Below are positions 40,405-53,012 of a DNA stretch of 64,000 nt, one piece after another. A program made the translations under genes and the position numbers. The DNA comes from the human T2T-CHM13v2.0 reference genome, Homo sapiens, in the NCBI RefSeq assembly GCF_009914755.1, contig NC_060930.1; one strand, written 5' to 3'. The stretch's first letter is position 1; every line of letters begins with the position of its first letter. Under the pieces are notes generated by a model. It searched no databases and was not told the origin of the DNA. It saw only the letters and a list, made by a program, of their open reading frames with translations.

Positions 40405-41199
40405 TATATTACACCATTTGGCCTGACAACAAGCAATTTCTAATAATAAATATAAAATACATAAAGTAGATGTTAATATGACCAAAGTTTGCCACATAGC
40501 CATACTGGGAAAATGGTGAGAGGATGGCAAAATAGGAAATAATAGGCAAAGCTAAAATTAATATCCTAAAGTATAAACATATTGTATATAATTTTGAAGT
40601 TAAATAAGTAGGAAAAACAACTCAGTACTTGAAAGTGGTGGCCTACAGAAGCATCCTGGGAGAGGGGGAAGAGTGAGGTAGGAAAGTGTTGCTTTTCATA
40701 TAAATTGTGATATTACATGTGGTTATAAATCAGGATTAAATGTTTACTTGAGAGAAATTAGTATTTTACAAATAAAAATAAAGTTTTGATAATATAGTTA
40801 ATTTTAAAGCTCATCTACATGGTTAAGTCAACTTTAAATTTTAAGGTAATGTCTTTTAATCCATGGTAGAGAAAAAAAAAAGTCTTTCAGGGGGTGTTTT
40901 GGTGAGATTTGGAAATAAATTATACTAAAAACGATCTGTACAATGGAAAATGATTGTATTTTATGTCATTGATACAAAGCACACATTTCTTTATGTCTAT
41001 TTTTGTTTTGTTGATTTGTTTACCTAAAGGTATTTTAAACATTTGGTAATGTGAAAGCCTGACTAATCAGACCACTTTCTCATCCTGGAATTCCAATTGA
41101 CATTCTCGACTGCATGAATAAATGATTCTACTGAATTTAGTCTTCCATTTTGTCACATATTACAAAGCAGTGTTGCATCTTGGCAAAAATTCTGCTGGT

Positions 41200-41223
41200 A
41201 GATATATGTATATATATATATGT

Positions 41224-41254
<31 letters not shown>

Positions 41255-41293
41255 TATCTATATATAGAGAGAGATATAGATATATACACACAC
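41200..41293. repeat. Compound (TA)n/(CA)n/(GA)n microsatellite
   Basis: Read directly. Confidence 0.9.
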
Positions 41294-42262
41294 AAAGCTC
41301 AAATATTAACTAAGATGTTCTTCTTGTCAATAGTTTCTAAGATAGACCTAAAACTAAATCAGTTGTGTTTCATATAATAGCAGTAACACTATTGGCAATT
41401 TGTATGCGGTCGTTTGCAGTAAGAATGGAGAATAACTTGGTGGAAACTTCTGAAAGCTACAGTTCCAGAGTAACAAAAGGAAAAAGAGGAATTCGTCTAG
41501 TAAAAGGCCGTATGGCAAAGTGTATGTTAAAAAAAAAAAAAGTGGAAAAGGCATTATTGACTTGCAGAATGTTCTAAAAATACCTCATTCAATAAGTACA
41601 TCTTGCTAGTTGACACACAATTATGTTAATGTAGTAAGAGTTGAAGAGTAATTTAAATATAATTAGGGCTTAAAAGATACATGGCATAGAGCATGGAACT
41701 TGTTTTGGCGCGTGCGTGGAGTATTTTTAATGAAAATAAAAAATAAAAGTAATCTGTAAATTAAAACCTTTGTGTATTTTCAATTTCATTTGAGGTTATT
41801 CTCACATGACTGATAAAGATGATGAAACAAATGAGTTTCATCATGAATTTATTCTCATATAAATGACACTTTTCAACATCCTGTTTTGGAAAAAAGAATG
41901 AAAAACATTTCTTGATTCTTAATAGGACACCTATTTCATGAACATTCATTTCCATGCCAGGTCCCAAGCTGCATCTATAAAACAACAAAATAATTTATTA
42001 AATAAGGGGAAAATCAGTCTACCAACTACTAATAGCAAAACAACAATATTTTAAAAATAACATTGGCTGATACTTATTTTCAGTGAGTTTACTCATTGTT
42101 TTTTAGAGAGTTGATTTGTTCTGACATAATTCTAATCAATTATAGTAAGTTGTAGATAGATTTAGTGTGCTCTGTAAAAAAATCATCTAATCTGACCTAC
42201 TTTTAAATACCAGTTACTAGTAGACCAAGTGTAACTCCTGGTGACAGCTATAAATTGAGTAT

Positions 42263-42597
42263 TGTATTAGTTCATTTTCACACTGCTATAAAGAGATACC
42301 CAAGACTGGGTAATTTATGAAGGAAAGAGGTTTAATTGACTCACAGTTCCACACAGCAGGGGAGGCCTCAGGAAAGTTACAACCATGGCAGAAGGTGAAA
42401 GAGAAGCAAGGCACCTTCTTCACAAGGCAGCAGGAGAGAGAATAGTGAAGAAGGAACTTCCAAACGCTTACTGGGGAGACCACCTCCATGATGCAATCAC
42501 CTCCCTCCCTCAACACGTGGGAATAACAGGTTGCTCCCTCAAGAGGATTACAATTTAAGGTGAGATTTGGGTGGGGACACAGAGCCAAACCATATCA
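42263..42597 (-). mobile_element. MSTA/THE1D-type MaLR solo LTR with internal deletion
   Basis: TGTATTAG...GCCAAACCATATCA termini; TSD AGTAT at 42258-42262 and 42598-42602. Confidence 0.92.
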
Positions 42598-42671
42598 AGT
42601 ATGAAAACTGATCCTTTTCTAGAAGTCCCTTCCAATTTTAAAAAATTATATTAGGACAATTTATTTATTAA

Positions 42672-43015
<344 letters not shown>

Positions 43016-43379
43016 AACACTTATTGAATACGAGTTACGATTCAAGAATCTGTTAAGTGTAGAAGATATAAGCAACAGGTAAATTTTAAAAATTCATAAG
43101 AAATACTATGTTAATCTTACTATGATGAAGTATTATGAGAACCTATAGGAAGAAGGTATTTCCTGAGTCCTAAAGGTTGGCTCTCAAGTAGAAGAGATTT
43201 TGATATTTTAGAACAACATCAGTGAAATGGTTGAAAGCTGGTTTATTCCTATATCCTTATATACAGTCTAAATGGAAGGATAAGAGATATACTAACAAAT
43301 TAAAAATCTTAACAAAATGCCAGGAAATAAACAACAAATTTAGATACGAAAGATAAAGGAATGCAAAAAAATACTATAT

Positions 43380-44140
43380 GCTATTCTTTGTTTCATTTAG
43401 CATTGTTTCATAAGCATCTTTCCATGACCTTAAATATAAAGCATGAAATTTAATGGCTTTCTACTTGATATGATTAGGCTTTGTGTCCCCACCCAAATCT
43501 CATCTTGAATTGTAATTCCCAGGTGTTGAGGGAGAGACCTGGAGGGAGGTTATTAGATCATGGGGGTGGCTTTCCCCAAGCTCTTCTCATAATAGTGAGT
43601 GAGTTCTCACAGAAACTGCTGGTTTTATAAGGGGCTCTTCTCCTTCTCTTTCTCACTATCTCTCCTTCTCTTTCTCACTATCTCTCCTGCCACCTTGTGA
43701 AGAAGGTGCCTCCTGGTTCCCCTTCCACCATGATTGTTCATTTCCTGAAGCCTCCCCAGCCATGCCAAACTGTGAATCAATTAAACCTCCTTTGTTTTTA
43801 AATTACCTAGTCTTGGGCACTATCTTTATAGCAGTGTGAGAACAGACTAATACACTACTATAACATCTTATTGATGTATGCACTCTCCTTTTTTTTCCCT
43901 TTTTTGGGGCCATTTAAGTTATTTATAAAGTTGTACTAAGATAAATAGTATTGTGATGAATAAACATACATATGTATATATATATATATATATTGCATAT
44001 CTTTGTGTACATCTTAAATTTTTTTCTTAGAAGAAATTTATAGGATGCCAATTATATCACCTAAGAATATGAGAAAATTTAAGCCTCTTCATATGTATTG
44101 ATAAATTGTTTTCTAATAATTTTGCCCCAAATTATATATA
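43380..44140 (-). mobile_element. L1ME-type 3' region fragment, interrupted by MSTA LTR
   Basis: CATCTTTCCATG...TTTAATGGCT | ...GTGATGAATA...CATATCTTTGTGTACAT...AAATTGTTTTCTA pattern. Confidence 0.55.
43466..43854 (+). mobile_element. MSTA-type MaLR solo LTR
   Basis: TGATATG...GACTAATACA termini; TSD CTACT at 43461-43465 and 43855-43859; 22-bp internal tandem duplication. Confidence 0.93.
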
Positions 44141-44149
44141 AATTATACT

Positions 44150-44300
44150 AATATATATGTTTGTTTGTTAATTGTCTATCTCTCCCAGCTGAATGTAAGT
44201 CCTGTGAGAGTGGGAACCTTTAGTTTTATTTAAAGAGGCCTAGAATAATTCCTGGGATATACTAGGAGCTCCATAAATATTTATTTAGTTGAATGAATGA
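44150..44300 (+). mobile_element. L2 3' end
   Basis: TGTCTATCTCTCCC...GAATGTAAG...GCCTAGAATA..CCTGG..TAGGAGCTCCATAAATATTT...TTGAATGAATGAA. Confidence 0.75.
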
Positions 44301-44500
44301 AATTTCAAAAGGAATAATTTTAAGCCAAACTCTTCACGTATTTAGATTCAAAATCTGGCTGCTCTATATAAAAGAAATAATTTTAAACATTGAGAAACTA
44401 AAGCAGTTAACACAGATTTTTTTCAAGAAATTATAACTTGGTGTGAATCCAAGAAAGTGCTAAGGTGAGAAACTTTACTGAGGAGAAAATCAGCTTTGAA

Positions 44501-44792
44501 ATACCCAAAGGACTGTAAATCATGCTGCTATAAAGACACATGCACACGTATGTTTATTGCGGCACTATTCACAATAGCAAAGACTTGGAACCAACCCAAA
44601 TGTCCAACAATGATAGACTGGATTAAGAAAATGTGGCACATATACACCATGGAATACTATGCAGCCATAAAAAAGGATGAGTTCATGTACTTTGTAGGGA
44701 CATGGATGAAATTGGAAATCATCATTCTCAGTAAACTATCACAAGAACAAAAAACCAAACACCACATATTCTCACTCATAGGTGGGAATTGA
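44501..44792 (+). pseudogene. L1 ORF2p C-terminal fragment
   Basis: YPKDCKSCCYKDTCTRMFIAALFTIAKTWNQPKCP...HIFSLIGGN is the canonical ORF2p C-terminus; the N-terminal part and promoter are missing. Confidence 0.9.
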
Positions 44793-45017
44793 ACAATGAG
44801 AACACATGGACACAGGGAGGGGAACATCACACTCTGGGGACTGTTGTGGGGTGGGGGGAGGGGGGAGGGATAGCATTGGGAGATATACCTAATGCTAGAT
44901 GACAAGTTAGTGGGTGCAGCGCACCAGCGTGGCACATGTATACATATGTAACTAACCTGCACAATGTGCACATGTGCCCTAAAACTTAAAGTATAATAAT
45001 AAGAGAGAGAAAAAAAA
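44501..45017 (+). mobile_element. L1PA2-like 5'-truncated insertion (~0.5 kb)
   Basis: Near-consensus young L1 3' end (GCATTGGGAGATATACCTAATGCTAGATGAC...GCACAATGTGCAC); G-rich 3'UTR tract; A-rich tail; probable 6-bp TSD GAAATA at 44498-44503 and 45018-45023. Confidence 0.93.
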
Positions 45018-45789
45018 GAAATAAAACGATAATTAAGGTAGAATGTTACCAGTAAGAGTTGTTGTTACCCAGCAAAGCAGACTAGAATAAAGGGCCAGAA
45101 ATGATGCTAAAGATGGAGCTCAGAATTTCATGAACCCCAATTCCATACATGTAGAGGCCATAACCATCTGGAATCATGCTTCCAACCTTATCCTTGCTCT
45201 GTTCTGGTAAAACATGCATGAGGAAGAATTTGTTTTGAAAAAAAGATGTATTAGAAAAATGCCACTATACTTATTTAAAATTCACTAGATTTTCAGAGTT
45301 AGGAAGAATGAGTGTTCGCTCTAGTTTGCATGGATCAACTGAGGTTACTTGTCTGTTGAATATTATCTTTCTATCACAAAATGGCTTTTCATTGAGAAAT
45401 TAATATCTTCTTGAGCAACATTTGTTCTTTTTCACTCTGATAAGTCTGGAAGGAAGACTAGATCTTGCCTTCTAGATTACCATTAAATATTTTCACCTTC
45501 TACCTATCCCGTAAAGGATGATCTGGATAGGCAGCTGGTGATAGATAATGTGAATCCAGGAATCTGGAGTAAACCTGATAGAAAATCTGTGTTATGATGT
45601 AACAGGAACAAGCAAAGACAACTGGATGTTAAGGGGTGAATTTCTTACCAAGAAACATCAGTTGTGTCAGTCAAGAAAAGGAAAGAAATGTTGTTGCCCT
45701 CACAGAGATTACACTGAGGTTTGGGAAAAATAATAAATGAACAAACTAAAATGTATTAAATCACTGGCTGAAGAACTAACCAAATTAAA

Positions 45790-46890
<1,101 letters not shown>

Positions 46891-49800
46891 GGTTTCTACC
46901 ATTGGGTGTCTTTTCCTCACCCTTCCTGGACTCTGTTTTTGTTCTAGTATTTATACAAGACACTGCTATTGTAGAGGCATTGCAAGAATTCCATTAAGCA
47001 TCTTTCTGTGATTTAATCCCACTTAAGCCCTTGATAGTCACTGATAAAGAGACTTAAAATCTCCATTTTTGCCAGTTTGAAGATTCTATACAAGATGTAA
47101 AGTTAACTTCATTTTCTTGATTTGTTTATTTTGTCAACTTGTGTTGGAATAATTGAACTCAATCCTACTTTATTTTCTATGTTCCATTTAGACATTCTTC
47201 CCTATTGAGAGTTAGTTAGAACATTTGCTTCCAGTGAGTCATCTGCCTACTTGAGATAGTTACCACCTATTGCTACATGACAAAGACAATGAAAATATAG
47301 AGATCTGCATAGTAATACAAAATGAGAGAATTTACTGCCTGTGTGTAATCATATCCAGAAAAGAATGCAGAGTGAAAATGTTTAAAATGAGATGGTGCAT
47401 GGACAGGGTGTAGTTTGTTAGTCTAATTTGGATATTAATCTACAACTTAAGGAATGTGGGATTTCGAAGTTTGTTTTTAATTGATATTACAATCTCTCAG
47501 AGTCAAGAACAAGATGACAACTGATACTTCTGTGTATGGGGGGGATGTGTGCGTAGACATATGTACATGACTACATATTCTGCATACATTTACATTCATA
47601 TTAATTTACGTACAGTATGCACATATTTTCATGCATTCACATATGCGTGCACATACACACATACATATATATTTGTATTTATGTTTTGAAGGAGAGACTC
47701 CTGATTATTCCTTTGAAGTGTGACTATGATTTGGTATAATTATGATGTTTGGTTTATTACCAGCTTCATTTATAGAACTAAAAGGCCATGGTTAATTACT
47801 TCAAATGAATAACATATTGATTAACAAAAGCTGTTTTGTGCCTTTTTGAGACACCGTTTAGGTAGCCTAAGACATTCAAATCCTCTAAGAATTAGATGAT
47901 TTCCCTTTCTTGTGTTGTTTCTAGATGCTGGTAAGCAAACTGTAGCTCCCCAGAAATAGCCTAGATACATCATCTACTTGGGAAATACTGTTCTGGACAA
48001 AAATCATTACAGTTCTGATTGATGCCCAGCATTTTAAGCAGTCTTCTTCTGAAAGAGAGATGCCTCCCTTTTAGCCCTGAATAAATATAACTAAGAGATG
48101 GTTATTTAATTCCTTTGTCATAAAAAGGTTTTAAGAAATCTTGATCTTTTCACATTATGTGAAAATTGTTTCCTTAATACATGGGTCACAGGCATTAATA
48201 TAAGTGATATGTTTTCCACTTTTCTAAAATTCCACAGACCTTGAAACTGTTCTGGATATTGAGGATTCAACAATTCATTTTTAGTGCTCATGACGACTGG
48301 GTGTAGTAATTTAGGATGTGGCTATTTATTGAACAGGAATGAAAGCTGACTTGGGAGTATAAGCTATTTCTCTTATTATATCCAGTCAAGTATTACAGTC
48401 AAGTACTACAGTGGGCCCCAAGGTAACTAAAAAGTGAAAACTTGCCCTCCAGGTTAAGATACATATCCTGTAGCTGCAGGTATAGAATCATTCATTCTTT
48501 CATTCTAGAGATGTTTATTGAGTTTCAATATAGATTGCTTTGTTTTCAGAGCTGTCTACTCATAAAAAATAAAGATGAAATAATAAGATATTCAACAAAA
48601 ATGTTTCTGTTTCTATGTTTTGATAAATTTTCTCTTAATTAATGCTTCCACAGAAAATTGATGAATTTACTTCAATGGACCATTGTAATTTTCAAGGATA
48701 GTATAAAATTGTAGCAAAATTAAATGCTGTATCTATTGTATATCTATTTTTCTTTTCTAGTCATTTATGATACTATGTCTTATAAAAGTTTCATACAAAG
48801 ATATTCTCATTTGTCTGAAATAATGAGAATGCTTCTTTCCTACTTGACCATAATTATCTGCTCTTATTTCCTAAAATAATCCATTTGGAACTTTTTTTTA
48901 TTTCTCTAAAATACCTTTATAATTCAAAGGAAGTCTTTCAGAATTGGTAACTCCAGTCTGACTTAAGGATTGGAAAGTACATTACATCTTCTTATAACTT
49001 GTAATTTGGAAATGTTATGACATTGCAAAGCATGCACCGTTATCAAGAGTCATAATATTGTGTTCAAAATAAAATTAAATATGGAAAAATATGCATATAA
49101 ATATATAAAAATATGAGAAACACTTATTTTTATTGATTATTTTCAAATATGTATAATATACCTATAAAAACATAAACCTCTACAAGTTTGTAGAGTTTCC
49201 TTTTCCATTTCAGTTGAAGAATTTTTTGTCCAGATGCACAAATACCTCTGAGACAAAGGCGGAATATGTCATAGGATCCAGAAAATCATTATGAAAACAA
49301 AGCTCTTTTCTCTAGTGGCATGAGGTATATAGTATGATGAGGGGGGTCTATTTTGCTCTTTGTACACTGGTCATTTTTGCAAAGGCCATTTATTAAAGCA
49401 ACAGATAGGGAGACATCAGTTATGTTTTTGGCCTTCTGTTTACTATAAAATGTTGGAAGACTTGAAAAGCCCCACTAAAATCATTGAAAAGATCAAAGCC
49501 TAAGTCCAGTGTCACAGGAGAGAATGGACACTGTCAATTGCAGTGGATGTAGAATGTTTTACTACAAAAAGCTTGGAAATAGTCTTTAATTTGTATTTTT
49601 TTCCTATGTAAGCTGTTAGGTCAGTGGCTGTTTTTTAAAAAAAATTACTTTTATGTGAGCTCGATAGTTGACAGTCTTCTAGTGATAGACTTCTTATGCT
49701 TGGATATATTGATAAGCTGTAAAAGTACCCTGAAATTTGATATCCTTTCTCATCAGCATCTGCCTATTTGTATATAAAGTTTATATAATATACATATTTT

Positions 49801-50289
49801 CAAGAAGCACAGTTTCTTTAAAACAAGCTTTTCCCCTGCTCGAGTGTTCTAACTTTTTGCTGTTGCCTCAGATTTCTTTTCTCAGATTTTGTAGACCTAT
49901 GTTACCCTTGTAACATTTCTATTGTTGAATCACTAACAGCAGATAATGAATCACCACCAATGTCAAAGGCAGAGTGTTGCCCTAAAGATCAAATTTAAAT
50001 CTTGGCCATGTTGTTTTGAGACTCTGATTATTTTCTCTTCCTCCCCCTCCTCTCCTTCATTTTTATATTATTATTTTTTGACTTGGAAGTGCTCCCACAT
50101 CTCTCTCTTTGACAAAAAGTTATATTAAAGTCTAGACTTTGGGAAGGCAAAGAGCCAATCTCTTTACTTTTTTGACCACAAGAATGTGCAGTGTCATCTT
50201 TTAAAAATAAGAATTGTTTTCAGTAACCTAAATGAATCTGTCAGATAAGATTTTAGGAGGTGTTTAGGGAAGTATTTCAATTTTATTTA

Positions 50290-50445
50290 TTGTTCATTAC
50301 TTATGATGAATTTAGCACTTACACACAGGAATCTTTTTGTGAAAAGCACTTAACAGATTTCTTTGAATTCTCCCAATAATCCTGTAAGAAATAGAAATAG
50401 AGTATTTATAACCTCTATCTCACAGGTGAAGCTGCTGAAACCACA
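50290..50445 (-). mobile_element. MIR fragment
   Basis: AGCACTTAC...AAGCACTTAACAGATTT...AATTCTCCCAATAATCCTGTAAG...CTCTATCTCACAGGTGAAG. Confidence 0.65.
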
Positions 50446-51293
50446 CATTTATACTCTTGTGCGATTTGCTCTTGGAAAGAAATTTCTTCAAGTTTGGAAG
50501 ATTCACTATTGCTACTCTCTTGGAGGCAAAAAAAAAAAAAAAAAAAGTTACTAATACTCTGAATCTAGTGGCCTGAACTCAAACCTCCTTATTGAGTGCA
50601 TTTATGCCACTTAGAGGGACTTGATCACACATTTCTGTTTGGATCCCTTTCATGTGGGGTTTGGACTGTGGATTTGTGGATTGTGGATTGACAGACATGT
50701 GGATTATGGACTGACTTTCCCTTCCTTTGAGATCCTGTGTAGCTGAAGCTTTTTCTATGAAATGGTTCATGGGTATGATATAAAAGGAAGTAGAGCTATA
50801 ACATTGCTGTTTTGCAAAACTCTTCTAATATTGAAGTTGGCATTTACACTCACGCGTAATTCTCTAAGGATTCAGTCCCTGTGAGTTTTTCTAAGCTTTG
50901 TATTTTATCTTTTAATCTGTTTTTTATTGTAGAACATGCAGAATATTTGCAGATTCAAACACTCTTAAATTAAAGGAGTGGTATTCATTTCAATGTTATA
51001 ATTTTAAATTTGGGGAGCATTTTTGCCTCTAATAAATAAGCATAAACCATCCAATTTTCCAGAGATGCCGCAAGTTTCATTAATAGCTGCTTTTCATTCA
51101 TTAAGGACTTATTATTTTGGATAGACAGTTTCCCATGAACCTTTCCTAATCCATTTCTAATTAGATCAACCCAGGCCCAGGTATGACTTCTTAGCTTACA
51201 GAAGGTAATGCCTCATAACTGAGGGCAGATGGGCCTTCTGGACATGGAACACACAAGTATTCCTTTGGTGAAGGGAGAAAAATAAAATAGATC

Positions 51294-52027
51294 TGTCTTA
51301 GTTCGGGATGCTATAACAAGATACCATAGACTGGGTTGCTTAAACAACAGACATTTATTTCACACAGTTCTGGGGACTGGAAAGTTGGAAATCAGGGTGC
51401 TAGCATGGTTGGGTTCTGGTGAAGACCCTCTTCCTGGCTTGTAAAGTAACACTTTCTTGCTATATTCTCACGTGGCAAAGCAAGAGCAAGTGAGAGAGGG
51501 AGATCTCATATCTCTTCTTATAAAGGTACTAAACTCATCATGAAAGTTCCACCCTTATGATCTAATTACTGCCTGTTATGGACTGAATGTTTTTGGTTCC
51601 CCCAAATTCATAAGTTGAAACCTAAACTTCAGTTTGATGGTATTTGGAGATGAGGTCTTTGAGAAGCAAATCTGTTTTGGAAGTGAAGCCTTCCCAAATG
51701 GGCTTAGTGCTCTTATAGGAAGAGACCAAAGAGCTAGCTGGCTATTTTTTGCCATATGAGTATACAACAAGAAGTCAGCAGTTTGTAACCAAGGAAAAGG
51801 CCCTCACCAGAACCTGGCCAGGCTGGCACCCTGACATCAGACTTTCAGCCTCTGGAACTGTGAGTAATAAATTCTCTTGTTTGTAAGGCATCCAGGCTCT
51901 TATACTTTGTTATAGCAGCCCAAACTGACTTTAACATCTCTCCAAAGCCTCATCTTCAAATACCATCACACTGGGGGTTAGGGATTCAACACATGAATAT
52001 ATTGAACACACAACTTAGTCCATAGCA
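51294..52027 (-). mobile_element. MLT1A-type solo LTR (outer; pieces 51294-51573 and 51937-52027)
   Basis: TGTCTTAG start and GTCCATAGCA end; TSD AGATC/AGACC at 51289-51293 and 52028-52032; consensus continues across the inserted LTR. Confidence 0.88.
51574..51936 (+). mobile_element. MLT1A-type solo LTR (inner, nested antisense)
   Basis: TGTTATGGACTGAATG start; ACTTTGTTATAGCAGCCCAAACTGACTTTAACA end; AATAAA near 51867. Confidence 0.9.
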
Positions 52028-52922
52028 AGACCTAAAATATATATTAAACTAACCATTGTCCATGGTAGTGGCCAATTACCTGGCTCCCACTTGGCTGCAG
52101 TCTATGCTGAGGTCCTTTGTAAGCCTCTTGCATTTAGAAAGAAAGTCTCTTACCCATTTCTCTGTGTTTTTACTACAGGTCTATTGCCAGCCCTTTTTCT
52201 GTTTCAATGAAGTCAATTTTTAATGTAAAATGAAATAGTTTTAACGTTAAATGGTGCTTCGAAATTGTCAATGCAAAGCAATGTATACCAGATATACTTT
52301 CAATAGAAATAGGAAATTTAAAACATAGTGCCTATGTTTTAATTGCATTCATTCTATCATGGCCATCTTTTTATCACAAAAACATAAGGAAAGAGATGCT
52401 AGTAAGTACCACCTTTTCTAAGCTGAGAGATCATATAATACTGTTAGTCAACTAATAAATATGGCACAATTGAAGGTGTGTTTCTAAGTCAAGATAGATA
52501 CAAAGTTAGGAAAAGATATGTAGTCATTGGAAGATATCCAGAATACATCAATCTATTTTCTGCACTAGCCTAGCTCAGATGACAGTATTTAAAGACAGAA
52601 ATTCTTTGATAGGCCAATAAGATGGAGGAAATGTACCAGATAAAATAAATGAGAGAATGCAAGTGTGACACAAGTTAATAACTTCACATATAAAGATGAA
52701 TTTAATGGCTGTGGCAGGTAGCTACTAAGTATTAAGTAGTTTCAAACAAATTAAAGATTCGCTTGACCTAGCCATGAAGAAATATGGACTATGTGAAGGG
52801 CAATCTGTAGTCACTAATCTTAATTCTAAACATGTCAGGAAGAAGTTATCTCATAATGTGAAAAAACATACAATTTACTTTCTGGTAATATATTATGTTC
52901 ACATATTTCCAAGTATTTTCAA

Positions 52923-52942
52923 AGATAGATAGATAGATAGAC

Positions 52943-53010
<68 letters not shown>
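52923..53010. repeat. Compound tetranucleotide STR [AGAT]4[AGAC]1[AGAT]12[AGAC]5
   Basis: Counted directly. Confidence 0.97.

Positions 53011-53012
<2 letters not shown>

Noticed and set aside
44496-45017. Active L1HS-Ta element or functional 98-aa gene
   Set aside because: Only 0.5 kb long. It lacks the Ta diagnostics as I recall them (reads GATGACAAG and CTTAAAGTATAAT), and the ORF is the ORF2p tail with a TTG start from flanking DNA.
52923-53010. Identification as a named forensic STR (its TCTG/TCTA layout resembles DYS390)
   Set aside because: I do not recognise the flanks as those of that marker, and motif layout alone is not diagnostic.
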